The position numbers and the translations under genes are program-made. Below, in pieces: positions 9,825-19,870 of a stretch of DNA of 64,000 nt. Numbering within the stretch: position 1 is the stretch's first letter; every line of letters begins with the position of its first letter. The stretch is taken from contig CAWFXL010000001.1 in NCBI GenBank assembly GCA_963819815.1, forward strand, positions 1,216,001 through 1,280,000, given 5' to 3'. This DNA is from an uncultured bacterium (lineage in GTDB: Bacteria; Babelota; Babeliae; Babelales; Babelaceae). The notes below the pieces were generated by a model that ran no database searches, was not told where the DNA came from, and was given only the letters and a program-made list of their open reading frames with translations.

Positions 9825-12608
9825 ATGATACCGAAAATTTCCCTGTTAAGTGTATTCTGTATTGCTACCTCATTGAGTGCACATCTTGTCCAAAAGTTCC
9901 CCTTTCCTTTGGGGACTCATGCTCTCTATAGACCCTTTGGTCAATTGTATGTGGGAGCAGCTACGAGTGTGCCAAATAATGATCTTGCTGTAGCTGTTGC
10001 AGGGAGAACTGATACGGCATTTCGTGGTATTACTCCCGTAAAAGTTACTTTAAACGAGCAGCCTGACAAAACTAATCCTCTTAATGGTGCACGAATAGAT
10101 CATTTAGCTCTCCTTGATAGACGTCCCGTGGTTATTCCACATACTCTGCCGTCATCGCTTTTTCTTATTGATGATCGGCGTAATCCGATAGCAGTATTTC
10201 AATCGGTACCTATTAATAACGCTCTTGGACAGGCAGCTCAATCGATTCTTTTTTTAACGACGACTGCATCTGAAGTTACTACTTCTTTAGAGCCAGGTGC
10301 CTCCTTAGCAGCAATTGCCGCGGTACCTAATGCTAATGGTGGCTTTGATGGCAATGGGTCAGGAATTGCTCTTGCAGCATTTCGCCAAGTTGTTCAGGAC
10401 AAGCAGAAGTTTTTCGCATGGGATGTTGTAGATGCTACCACCGGAGCTTCATCATTTCCTGATGTCATTACTGCTCAGGCGAGTACCGGTAATAAGGCAG
10501 CACCTTTTGGTAAAGATACGCCCCAGGTTTTTATTTCGGTTCCCGTGAGCGTGCTTTCTTCGGCTGTTGATCTTCATTTTGATAGAGAGTTAGGAAGACT
10601 TTATATTGCCACCCAGGTAACAGCAGGCGGTGCTGCCAAAGCGGGTGCACGTGCTATTATTATTGCTTCTTTAGCTAATGGGCACGTACTGTACCAAGCC
10701 ATCGCTCCTGATGCTGTTTTTGATGGGAGTAACCAGATTGTAGGCCAACTTGGAGCAAACAGTAGTACGAGTATTTTTAAGGTCCGTACGATGCAAACAA
10801 GTACGTATGTGCGATATCTTATTGTAGTAGGTGGTAATGGAAATGATCCTGCTCTTGCGCAAACTGTATTTGCGTTGCCTCTTGTTGATAATATTGCATC
10901 TCCAGCTAGCCATGGCACGTTGGCTAACGTGAAAGCTTCTCCCATCACTCTTTTTGGAGAGAGTAAACCGCATAGATTTAGGGCTCGCGTATTTGCAGTA
11001 CCAGCACAAGCACCACAAGATGTATTTACCATGAGCTCATTGCCGGCAACTGTTGGAGGGCAAGCGACGCTGCCTGGACCGATTACCGATATTCAGATAG
11101 CGGGAGAAGCGGTTTTTGTATCCTGTACCCCAAGTGCTACGCGTAATGAGGATCAGCTTGCGCCAGGTATCTTTTTTTCACAGCCAGTTTTTGATCAATT
11201 GGGTCGCATAAGTGGATGGACAGACTGGCAGCGCGTTGCCGATTCTTCTCATGCAATAGCTGGATTTGCCTATGATGCTCTTGCTGGAATCTTTTGGAAG
11301 CTTCCTGAAAATGAGGGAACTTTTACAGAAGTATTTCGTTCCCAGTGGACCGATGGATCTGATGAGCTGAGTCAATTCATTGCGCCTTTTTTTAACAAAG
11401 AAAACGGTGGCGTACAAGGTTTGACCGACTTTCCTTTTACAACAGATGGATTTACTACCACTATAGCAAATCGAATCTCTGTACAATCCTATGTAGGACT
11501 CAAAAAAGTGCTTTTAAGGCAAACGGGTAAGCAACAGGGCCTCTTTGGTCCTTTTGAGAGTTTTAACAATGTCTTTGTCAGCACCGATGGTTCAATGAAC
11601 GGCTTTAGCGGTGCAGCTTCGAACCTGGTTTTTTCTGGTGGAGAACTTAATTCTTTAGGTCCTATTTCCTCATCGGCAGTACTTACTGATGGCATTACCG
11701 GTTGGTTTGTCGTCGCTGGGGTAGGTGGAATAGCAATTCTGACAGATGCGCAAGGCATAGGTTGGGATGCACAAAGGGGTTTAGGTTCTGGCTTTACTGG
11801 TCTTTCATCTCAAGCTTCCTGGAAGCGTATAAGTAAAACACCTTTTGTCCGGAAACTTATTGTGCAAGACGGGCAGCTATTTGCTCTTTCTCAGAATAAG
11901 CTCGAGCGCATTACTATTTCTGCGGAAAGTTTAGTAAACGGAACTCTATCTAAGACAGTTCTTGCCGAGCTTACTGCAGCGCAGAAAAAATCTGAGGCTA
12001 GCTACTCGGATGTATACCTAAAAGGACCATTAGCGCTTTTGGCCACAAGTTTTGGGCTGCTCAGGTCAGGCACAGGAGCGGATGTTAGAGTAGATACGCA
12101 GGTACCGTGGATTGAAGTTCCTCTTAAAGAGTCTGTGGGCTCTTTAACCAGTGCAGGTCCCGTGACGAGGCTCTTTGGTATTACAACCTCAGATCCTACA
12201 GCTCAGGATAATATCTATCTATTGAATGCATACACGGGATTGAACCAAGCTCTTATCTATAGGTTAACCATCACATTAGCACATGGACAGACTACAGACA
12301 GCTCTGTTCTGCTTTTTCCCGATTTTCTGGTTAGAGACACGAACTCATTTTTCACCGATGTTGGTGAGTACCGCAATTATGTAGTAACAGATGGATCTTT
12401 AATAGCTCTATCAAGAAGTTCTTTCGGGAGTAGTCCACCACTTCTTCAATTACTTTCTCCAACCCTTAAGAGTGGGGAAAGTGCGCGTATGAGAGTACCG
12501 TTCGTCATCGTACCTGAAAATGTAGGTACGATAGGTCTCTTGCTTCGCAACTCTGCTTCAGGAGCCTGGATGGTTCCGGGTGATTTTGGTGTACGTGTTC
12601 AACGATAA
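9825..12608 (+). CDS. Large exported beta-rich hypothetical protein (possible beta-propeller)
   Basis: Signal peptide MIPKISLLSVFCIATSLSA from the ATG at 9825; ~927 aa, Gly/Ala/Thr-rich. Confidence 0.75.
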   Translation: MIPKISLLSVFCIATSLSAHLVQKFPFPLGTHALYRPFGQLYVGAATSVPNNDLAVAVAGRTDTAFRGITPVKVTLNEQPDKTNPLNGARIDHLALLDRRPVVIPHTLPSSLFLIDDRRNPIAVFQSVPINNALGQAAQSILFLTTTASEVTTSLEPGASLAAIAAVPNANGGFDGNGSGIALAAFRQVVQDKQKFFAWDVVDATTGASSFPDVITAQASTGNKAAPFGKDTPQVFISVPVSVLSSAVDLHFDRELGRLYIATQVTAGGAAKAGARAIIIASLANGHVLYQAIAPDAVFDGSNQIVGQLGANSSTSIFKVRTMQTSTYVRYLIVVGGNGNDPALAQTVFALPLVDNIASPASHGTLANVKASPITLFGESKPHRFRARVFAVPAQAPQDVFTMSSLPATVGGQATLPGPITDIQIAGEAVFVSCTPSATRNEDQLAPGIFFSQPVFDQLGRISGWTDWQRVADSSHAIAGFAYDALAGIFWKLPENEGTFTEVFRSQWTDGSDELSQFIAPFFNKENGGVQGLTDFPFTTDGFTTTIANRISVQSYVGLKKVLLRQTGKQQGLFGPFESFNNVFVSTDGSMNGFSGAASNLVFSGGELNSLGPISSSAVLTDGITGWFVVAGVGGIAILTDAQGIGWDAQRGLGSGFTGLSSQASWKRISKTPFVRKLIVQDGQLFALSQNKLERITISAESLVNGTLSKTVLAELTAAQKKSEASYSDVYLKGPLALLATSFGLLRSGTGADVRVDTQVPWIEVPLKESVGSLTSAGPVTRLFGITTSDPTAQDNIYLLNAYTGLNQALIYRLTITLAHGQTTDSSVLLFPDFLVRDTNSFFTDVGEYRNYVVTDGSLIALSRSSFGSSPPLLQLLSPTLKSGESARMRVPFVIVPENVGTIGLLLRNSASGAWMVPGDFGVRVQR

Positions 12609-12620
12609 AGGTGTAACTCC

Positions 12621-13886
12621 ATGAATCTACGTTATCTTATAGGGTTTCTAGTAAGTGTCTCGGCCTGCAGTGCTATGCCACGCATAAATTTATTTAGACC
12701 AAGTGATCGTCCCTTAATGCCCGAACCGGTTGGTTCAAGTCAGCTGAGCATTGGGTATGAGGGAGCATTTCATATTCGTGCATTTCGTGATACTGAAGAG
12801 TATGGAATGCAGATTGATTTAGATAAGATCTGTTCCCATGATAAAAAGACCTGTCTTTTTGGTCTCTTTCAGAATACCCAGAATGCTCTCGCGGCTCTCA
12901 AGGGAACCGATTCTGACACCGCATCTGGAAGTCTTGCTCAGCAGTTTAACATTGATGATGAAGCTCGCAGAAATGGACGATTTCGGCCTACAGGGTCCCT
13001 ACATATACCATTAAACCTTTTGATTGCTCAAAGATTTTATTTTAATCATGGACTCACGTTAGGGTTCTATGTGCCAGTTATCCATGCTGAGCTGAAGGAT
13101 GTTGTATGGCATGCTGTTGAACAGCCGGCGACGAGTGAGCAGATCCTCGGGCAAGATCTGGTTAAAGAAGTTGAGAGGATCGGCGGGCTTAATCTTGGAG
13201 GATGGAAACGCACAGGTGTCGGAGATTTGGTTGTTCAGGTTGACTGGATGCGCGATTTTCCCCAATGCAGATCATTGCTTACTCACGTGAGAACGATAGC
13301 GCGTTTAGGATGTATCGTCCCTACAGGAAAGCGTATGGATGAAGATCGGTTACTTGCATTTCCTTTTGGCAGTGATGGTGCCTGGGGTCTTCAGTTTGCT
13401 GGAGGTATTGACCTGAACTTTGGGTATACCTTACGAGGTGGTGTTGACGTTCAATTCGAATACCTATTTGGAAACACACGATGTCGCCGAGTTAAAACAG
13501 CTCCAGGTCAAACGGATTTTATGTTAGCACAGAACGCACCTATATACCGCGAGTTTGGTCTTGGGCAGCAATACAATATTTATCTTGAATCATGTAATTT
13601 TTGGTGCAATACCTCATTGAAGCTTAACTATCAACTTTTGAAGCAGAATGATGACCGAATCGACCTCGGCAGCGACCGGATCGACTCACGGTTAGCAAAC
13701 TCTGCAGAAAATCTTTATGATTGGACCGCCCACAGTCTTATTTTTATGGTAAAGCACGATCTTTGGAAAGACTATGAATGTTCCCGCATATATCCTTCCC
13801 TTCTTGGATGGATCAAATGGGGCTTTAATGGAAAGCGTGCATTACTTGCAAATACTGTTGGTATACAATTTAATGTAGCTTTCTAG
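12621..13886 (+). CDS. Putative outer-membrane beta-barrel protein
   Basis: Signal peptide; amphipathic strands (WGLQFAGGIDLNF, GGVDVQFEYLF); terminal Phe in GIQFNVAF (BAM-signal-like). Confidence 0.65.
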   Translation: MNLRYLIGFLVSVSACSAMPRINLFRPSDRPLMPEPVGSSQLSIGYEGAFHIRAFRDTEEYGMQIDLDKICSHDKKTCLFGLFQNTQNALAALKGTDSDTASGSLAQQFNIDDEARRNGRFRPTGSLHIPLNLLIAQRFYFNHGLTLGFYVPVIHAELKDVVWHAVEQPATSEQILGQDLVKEVERIGGLNLGGWKRTGVGDLVVQVDWMRDFPQCRSLLTHVRTIARLGCIVPTGKRMDEDRLLAFPFGSDGAWGLQFAGGIDLNFGYTLRGGVDVQFEYLFGNTRCRRVKTAPGQTDFMLAQNAPIYREFGLGQQYNIYLESCNFWCNTSLKLNYQLLKQNDDRIDLGSDRIDSRLANSAENLYDWTAHSLIFMVKHDLWKDYECSRIYPSLLGWIKWGFNGKRALLANTVGIQFNVAF

Positions 13887-13895
13887 GGTAACTTG

Positions 13896-16028
13896 TTAGC
13901 GCGTTGCTTCTCGTAATCCTGGAAAGAGCGTGTACAGTTCCCCATGTGCAAGGGCATTAGTAATCTTTGATGAAGTTCCCCATGATTTTTTTATAGGTAG
14001 ATACCAGGTAGTACCCTGTGAGTCTGAAAAATAGATACTGATGAACGCTTCATGTTTGATTGCTTCAGTAGTCGGAACGTTTCTTGTTATGATGACGTCG
14101 TGAAGAACGGTCTGGGAGCTTTCTCGACCTCGTATAAGTGGCTTAACAAACTCTAAGGGCAGAAAAAAGGGTGGAGGGTTCTCTCTTTTGCAGGTCAGTT
14201 TTTTAATCCAGAAGACTTTTGGAGTACTGAGTGTGGGAAGCCCAAGAAAACTCATGGCAAGTTGGCCAAGCGATTGCGTACCGGCTTCAAGGAAGTCTAT
14301 TACATGGTAGGCAGGCCCTTCGAGTAACGATACGAAGCTTGGTATCTGCTCAGCAAGAGTCAGTTGTCCATAGCGGGGTTGTGTTAAGAGAGCAACATCG
14401 ACCGAAGTTCCTAGTGCTTTCGATGAAGCAGGAGATACAGAGTCTCCTTTACGTACAACAGTAAACGATGTACTACCTGCTGGGCGCTCTAGAGCAATAT
14501 TTTCAAGACTGTCAGGTACCATTTTACCCTGCTCTGTATAGGGGTGTAGGCAATGAATTAACGTAAATGCATCACGCTTTGGATCACGAGCTTTCATAAA
14601 AAACTCGTCAAAATGAATGGAGGTAAGAGGAGCTAATCTTTTGTTCTTAAGATCGATGGAATCATGGTTGATCCCTTCAATAATTGTTTTTGATGAAGTA
14701 CGACTACTGCGATAAGGAGGAAGCAAAAGCATAGGGGTCGTTTGAAAGGAGACCGTATCACTTAATGAGCCCGCAATACAGTCATACTTTAAGATCTTAG
14801 TATTCCCTTGGTAAGGTGATATTAGATGCTCGCCTCCACCGTAGCAGCTTGTATAGAGAAGAAGTGAGGTTTCAACCTCCAGCTGTAAAAATAGAAGTAC
14901 CTTCTTGAATTCATCTACGGTGAGTGAGCAGATAATCTTCTCATAGCTTTTTGGTAACTGAGCAAGCTTGAGTTCTGTTTTTGTGAGTTCCTCTTGCATA
15001 AGTCGGTGACGTTGAGATACGGTTCTTTTTTCTTCAGGCCGTTGAGGAATGGTGAGTTGCTCTGCGTAGAAGTTCTTAAGAAGGGTAAGATGCTCGATTT
15101 TTCTCCGCTCTGGATAGGAAGGGAGCCCATGCCCCGTAAAATAAATCGCCCAAACGTGAGTGCCCCCTTCTTTTTTAGTTACAAAAATGTTTCTAAAGCT
15201 TTCAACGAGCTGCATTCCATGGGTTATGGGGGTAGGATGAAGTAGCCGCTTGGTATCAATAACATCTTTAAGATGGTTAACTTTTAGGCCAAGCTGTTTC
15301 TCTAAGGGAGTTATAGGAGTTCCAGCATTATAGGTAACGATGTCTGGTGTATTTAAGCGGGGTAATAAAAGGATAAGCTCTTCCGATACTTCTTTTATAA
15401 CGTAGTTTTCTAAGGTGAGAGGTGCGTAGTAACAGAGGGCGTAGGCTTGGAGCTCTTTATGTAAGGTATCTTTTAGTGAGCGTTTTTCTCCACTATACAC
15501 CTGAAGAGTTCTTGGTGCAGATGCTTCTAAGCATGAATGCTTAGCCGCAAGAGTTCTCATTGCCGTGTGTGTATCAGATTGTTGTTTGGAGAGTTCAGTC
15601 AATTCTTTGTGTATCTCGGCATACATTTTTTGAGCGTAGAGACAGTGCTGTTTAAACAAGGAGAGTGAGGGTGCCTGGGTGACGGACTGACGATCATAGA
15701 GGCGCGATAGTTGGGTAAGATCCTTGGTAAGAAAGTCTTCAAATATCTGTTTTCGAGTAAGAAGTGAAAATAGAAGAGACCTGCTCACGAGGATAGGGGC
15801 AACTTTTTGGTATAAAGCAGGAATAAGGGTACTTGTCATAGCTCCAAGCTTGGCGAGGCCCTCAATAACATGGCCTTGGCTTGATCTTTCTGAGCTCCCG
15901 GTTCTAAGGAGCTCTTCTGATTGTCCGTAATCCAAAATAATGATGAGATCATCTGTGGGCTTTTGTGGGATGCCAAAAAGCGTTGTTGTAAAGCCAATAA
16001 GAGCGCCAATAAGAAGTATTTTTTTCAT
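13896..16028 (-). CDS. Secreted hypothetical protein with a clan CD (caspase-like) peptidase dyad
   Basis: Signal peptide; WAIYFTGHG (His300) and LLLYTSCYGG (Cys395). Confidence 0.6.
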   Translation of the reverse strand: MKKILLIGALIGFTTTLFGIPQKPTDDLIIILDYGQSEELLRTGSSERSSQGHVIEGLAKLGAMTSTLIPALYQKVAPILVSRSLLFSLLTRKQIFEDFLTKDLTQLSRLYDRQSVTQAPSLSLFKQHCLYAQKMYAEIHKELTELSKQQSDTHTAMRTLAAKHSCLEASAPRTLQVYSGEKRSLKDTLHKELQAYALCYYAPLTLENYVIKEVSEELILLLPRLNTPDIVTYNAGTPITPLEKQLGLKVNHLKDVIDTKRLLHPTPITHGMQLVESFRNIFVTKKEGGTHVWAIYFTGHGLPSYPERRKIEHLTLLKNFYAEQLTIPQRPEEKRTVSQRHRLMQEELTKTELKLAQLPKSYEKIICSLTVDEFKKVLLFLQLEVETSLLLYTSCYGGGEHLISPYQGNTKILKYDCIAGSLSDTVSFQTTPMLLLPPYRSSRTSSKTIIEGINHDSIDLKNKRLAPLTSIHFDEFFMKARDPKRDAFTLIHCLHPYTEQGKMVPDSLENIALERPAGSTSFTVVRKGDSVSPASSKALGTSVDVALLTQPRYGQLTLAEQIPSFVSLLEGPAYHVIDFLEAGTQSLGQLAMSFLGLPTLSTPKVFWIKKLTCKRENPPPFFLPLEFVKPLIRGRESSQTVLHDVIITRNVPTTEAIKHEAFISIYFSDSQGTTWYLPIKKSWGTSSKITNALAHGELYTLFPGLREATR

Positions 16029-16190
16029 AGTGCCCTATTTTTATTTCATTTTTTATTTCTATATGCATCTATAGAGTAAAGGATTTTTGAGGATTCAGCA
16101 AAAGCCTGCCTTTAAAAAATTATAAGAAATTCTTGCATTTCGGTTCGCTGGTAAGGTAGGGTGATGAGTATGTTAAAAAAGGAAAAAACT

Positions 16191-16301
16191 ATGAAGCTTG
16201 TGTATAAGCTTATCTTCTTTGGGATTCTTATTGCGTGTGATTCAGCCCTTACGTTGCTCGTTGCTCGTTCTGGTTATTCAGGTAAACAAGAGAAAAACTA
16301 A
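16191..16301 (+). CDS. Possible 36-aa ORF or gene remnant with a signal-peptide-like start
   Basis: MKLVYKLIFFGILIACDSALTLLVARSGYSGKQEKN*, preceded by AAGGA; contains a GTTGCTC tandem repeat. Confidence 0.25.
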   Translation: MKLVYKLIFFGILIACDSALTLLVARSGYSGKQEKN

Positions 16302-16435
16302 ACTATTTCAGGAGTTTCTTGTCTGCACGAAAGCAGATAGGATAAATTTCTCTTGATATTTTCATGGCTACTGGTGTATGATTCTACTTAAGGACCAGCA
16401 GTGTGCTAGTCTATGTCTGTAGTGGAGGGTGTAGC

Positions 16436-16789
16436 ATGAAAAATATGCTTATTGTCGGTGGATTTCTTCTACTGATCTTACCTGTATATGGCGCCGATGA
16501 AGAGAAGGTGGTACCTGAAGATCATCGTTCGTCCCTGACTCTTACCGCTGATATTCCTCATAAGAGGAGCTTTTTGGAGAAATGTATCTTGGCAGGCAAA
16601 AGCTTGGGTGCTGTAGCTGCCGGTACTATTTTTGGGACTTTCTGTTATACGATACAAGATGTGGGTAATTCAAAGCCTCAGTTAGTAGATAGATTAAGCA
16701 CGTTGTGTACAGCAGGAGTTGCTTTAGTGTGTGCTGCCAAATTGGGTTCATACAGCATTGAATGTGCAAAAGAATTACTTGAAGAGTGA
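16436..16789 (+). CDS. Hypothetical exported/membrane protein
   Basis: GGAGG RBS; signal peptide MKNMLIVGGFLLLILPVYG; two internal hydrophobic segments. Confidence 0.65.
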   Translation: MKNMLIVGGFLLLILPVYGADEEKVVPEDHRSSLTLTADIPHKRSFLEKCILAGKSLGAVAAGTIFGTFCYTIQDVGNSKPQLVDRLSTLCTAGVALVCAAKLGSYSIECAKELLEE

Positions 16790-16796
16790 GTGAGAT

Positions 16797-17381
16797 ATGA
16801 AAAAGAGTATAGGATTACTTTTTTGTATCATTTCATGTTCATCCATCTGGGCTGAAGAGAAAGAAATTGTCCCAGGGTCTTTGAGAAAGACCGTCAAAAC
16901 TGGCATGGCGGCAGCTATCGGTATCTGCTTAGCTTATGAAGGGTATAAGTGGTACACAAGCCCTTCTGAAGAAGTGTCGCAAGAACAAGTATCTGATGGT
17001 CAAAACACTATTAAAGAAAAAAAGCCTATTACTCTGAATGATCGCATCGAATATTTTGGTATTGGTGCCGGGTATAGTTTGCTCACTGTTGCATCAATAC
17101 TTGCAACCTATAAGTGTGCTATGCTTTCGCTTGATAAAATGTATAGGTTTAATGCTGATCCCGTAAAGCAATTGCATAATTTCTATGATAGAATGGGGTA
17201 TCCTAAATCTGGTGATGAATGGGAAGAAGATTTAGCGGAGGAACGTGATAGAAAAAGGGGTTTTTTATTGGGAAGTCCCTTTATAGGCTCATTAGCAATT
17301 GCCATTCCCTATCTAGCCTATTATAGATATAAGTTTCCGCATGCCGCAGTTGAAAACTTAAAAAAAGCATTTCAGAGATAA
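16797..17381 (+). CDS. Hypothetical exported/membrane protein
   Basis: Signal peptide MKKSIGLLFCIISCSSIWA; three hydrophobic segments. Confidence 0.7.
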   Translation: MKKSIGLLFCIISCSSIWAEEKEIVPGSLRKTVKTGMAAAIGICLAYEGYKWYTSPSEEVSQEQVSDGQNTIKEKKPITLNDRIEYFGIGAGYSLLTVASILATYKCAMLSLDKMYRFNADPVKQLHNFYDRMGYPKSGDEWEEDLAEERDRKRGFLLGSPFIGSLAIAIPYLAYYRYKFPHAAVENLKKAFQR

Positions 17382-17391
17382 GGATCTATTC

Positions 17392-19776
17392 ATGAATTCG
17401 CTCATGATGTTGGCTGCATTGGGTGGTCAGCTTTTATCAGAAACTGATCCTCAAAGCTTGCTAGATGCTCAAGCTTTGGTAAAAGATACCCTACAGCAAC
17501 ACATTGCCGATCCTAAGCTCTTTAAGAAGGCCGCTGTTACACTTTTTAAGTTTGGACAATCTGGAAGCTTCGAGCGAGCATGTTGTGATCAACTTATTGA
17601 AGATCTTGTTAAGGCACATTATCTTGATGCTTCCTCTACGCGCGTTCCTTTTTCTGATGGCGTTTCAAGCATGCAATATGGCTATGTGATTGCCTCAGAT
17701 GCGCTGCGCATTTTTAATCTTGGTCATGGCAATTGTCACCAAGTTGGATGGTCAGGGGCTCGAGCCGTTTTTAATGCGGCGGCGCTTCAACAGCAGCTTC
17801 AATCGGGATTGTTGTCAAGTCGAGCTCTTGATGCTACTTGTCATGATATATATACAACAAACCCAGGGATTAAGAGAAGCATAGAGTATAGCATTTTCCG
17901 ATCTAAGGTTAATGCGGTATGTTCTCTGCTAAGACGGGACCAAAGCAAATTAGATGAAGCTTGGGCGCTGTTAAACAAAGATAAACCTGATACTCTTAAA
18001 GTTCTTTGGCATATGCAACCTGATTATTTCATTAGAAGGACAGGCTTAGATTTTTTAAGGTCATATCATGTTACTAATGCAATTTCATTGTTAGGAAAAG
18101 CCTCTCATGTAGCTCTCAGGGAGGTGAGTGCCGAATTAGTTAAAGTTTGTATAGGGATACTTGATGCAGCCTCTCTTGAGAAAATCGATAAGATGCTCCA
18201 CGATATGTATACCGCAATTGGTGTGCAAAGGAATGTCAGCGATCCAGATTTGAAGAGATTCTTTTTATGGAAAGATGATATCAAAAAGTATAGATCTCAG
18301 ATTATATCACTGGTGCTTACCGGTCGACCTTCCTCTGTTGGAAAACAACTAGCAGCCCTTTGTAAGGCAGATCATGTAAAAGTATGTGGTGAAAAGCTAC
18401 GCAGAGAATTGGCACATCTTGACGCGTCCCCATCTCGCTTTAAGTCGAAAATAAGTGATTGCATCCTTCTTGTACATAAAGCCGTCGCTGAAAATATAGT
18501 ACAGGCGCAAGATGCTTGCTGTACTAAAGACGATCGACTGTGTGTTATTAGTGGAACTATTAATGGTTGTGATTGCCCTTGGGCAAAGACTGCGCTTGCT
18601 CTATTTAATTCCCCCGATTGTGAAATCGATGATGTTATTGATCTATTAAAGAAATCGAGCAAGAGGGGCATTCTAGAGGCTCTCAGCATGATAAACGAAA
18701 GTGAGCATGAAAGGATTCAAATGAGTAGTGAGAAACTTAGAAAGGATCTGGAGGCTTGTAGAAGAGAGAACCTTGCGGGGATGTTCAGAGAGTTGGAACC
18801 GCTAACCACCCCCCAGGTACAAAAGGCTAAAAAGAAGTTGCGTGAAAAGCAACGTGATGGTTTACAGCTCGAAACGACTTTGCGTGAAGAGTTACAACTT
18901 TTGCAGGATATTGAACGTGATAGAATGAGTGCTGTATTTGCTAAGCTTGATTTGGAATGCCCTAAAGCAGGACAATCTTGGTATAAAGAGGAGGGGCTTT
19001 TCCTTGAGCCAGCTGAATTGCAGGAGGCTTTAGCGAAGTTTAAAGATCCAGCAATCGATGAAGCGATAAAAGTTCTTGAAGATGCTGTGACTCAGGAGGA
19101 TGCCCTCAAAGCTCTTGATGCAATACGGAGAATAAAAATAGATACCAAAGATGCGCGAGCTCTTTTAGAATCTGATCATACTAACTTTGAATCTTGGAGT
19201 GTAGCGGATGATTGTATTCTAGCAGGTGAAGCAATACAAGGCATTCGTAAGAACCTACCGGAAGAAAACAGGATAGCTAATCCTGAACATCTGCTTAGTC
19301 TTGTTAGGTTGCCAAATTTAGGCCTACCTCGAGAGAATGTTCATATTCTTGGAGATTTCAAGAACGCGGGACAACTGTTATTTGATCCTACTGATGCTAT
19401 CCTTCCACAACAAGCGGATCTGCTTGGTGAAGGTTGCGAGTCTGATGAGCAAAAAAGTGAACGTGTAGCGAATGCGATAAAAAAGCATTTTGAAGAGCAA
19501 TATCTCGATAAAGATAGCGCAGGGGCACATCACTTTATATGCAAAGTTCAGCGCCCCTTTGAACATTGGGTTCTGGTGTCCTTAGTTAAGTTTGCTGGTA
19601 AAAAACCTATATTGGTACTGCGTGAGACACAAAATTGTCCAGTTGAGTCCCATAGCCAATCATTTCTTGTCGGGTCTGATACTGTACTTGCCTTTCTGTA
19701 TAATACATTTATGCGCCAAGAGGGACAAATTCATGGAAGTTCTAGTACTAGTGGCATGAGTGCGAGCAGATTCTAG
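17392..19776 (+). CDS. Paralogue A of a split papain-like peptidase family; catalytic Cys absent
   Basis: Colinear with 19863..22196 (NPGI..IEY..FR, QPDYFIRR, AGAHHFIC, HWVLVSLVKFA); has WS-GAR where the paralogue has WSCGYR. Confidence 0.7.
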   Translation: MNSLMMLAALGGQLLSETDPQSLLDAQALVKDTLQQHIADPKLFKKAAVTLFKFGQSGSFERACCDQLIEDLVKAHYLDASSTRVPFSDGVSSMQYGYVIASDALRIFNLGHGNCHQVGWSGARAVFNAAALQQQLQSGLLSSRALDATCHDIYTTNPGIKRSIEYSIFRSKVNAVCSLLRRDQSKLDEAWALLNKDKPDTLKVLWHMQPDYFIRRTGLDFLRSYHVTNAISLLGKASHVALREVSAELVKVCIGILDAASLEKIDKMLHDMYTAIGVQRNVSDPDLKRFFLWKDDIKKYRSQIISLVLTGRPSSVGKQLAALCKADHVKVCGEKLRRELAHLDASPSRFKSKISDCILLVHKAVAENIVQAQDACCTKDDRLCVISGTINGCDCPWAKTALALFNSPDCEIDDVIDLLKKSSKRGILEALSMINESEHERIQMSSEKLRKDLEACRRENLAGMFRELEPLTTPQVQKAKKKLREKQRDGLQLETTLREELQLLQDIERDRMSAVFAKLDLECPKAGQSWYKEEGLFLEPAELQEALAKFKDPAIDEAIKVLEDAVTQEDALKALDAIRRIKIDTKDARALLESDHTNFESWSVADDCILAGEAIQGIRKNLPEENRIANPEHLLSLVRLPNLGLPRENVHILGDFKNAGQLLFDPTDAILPQQADLLGEGCESDEQKSERVANAIKKHFEEQYLDKDSAGAHHFICKVQRPFEHWVLVSLVKFAGKKPILVLRETQNCPVESHSQSFLVGSDTVLAFLYNTFMRQEGQIHGSSSTSGMSASRF

Positions 19777-19870
19777 CGATCGACATTCCCCATGTAGCCT
19801 GCCATACTAGAGATGCCGGTTGAAAACCTCAAAAAAGCGTTTCAGCGATAAGGATCTTATTTATGAATTC
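19777..19870 (+). repeat. Diverged duplicate of the 3' end of gene 16797..17381 plus RBS and start
   Basis: GTTGAAAACCTCAAAAAAGCGTTTCAGCGATAAGGATCT..ATGAATTC matches GTTGAAAACTTAAAAAAAGCATTTCAGAGATAAGGATCT..ATGAATTC at ~17349-17399. Confidence 0.85.
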
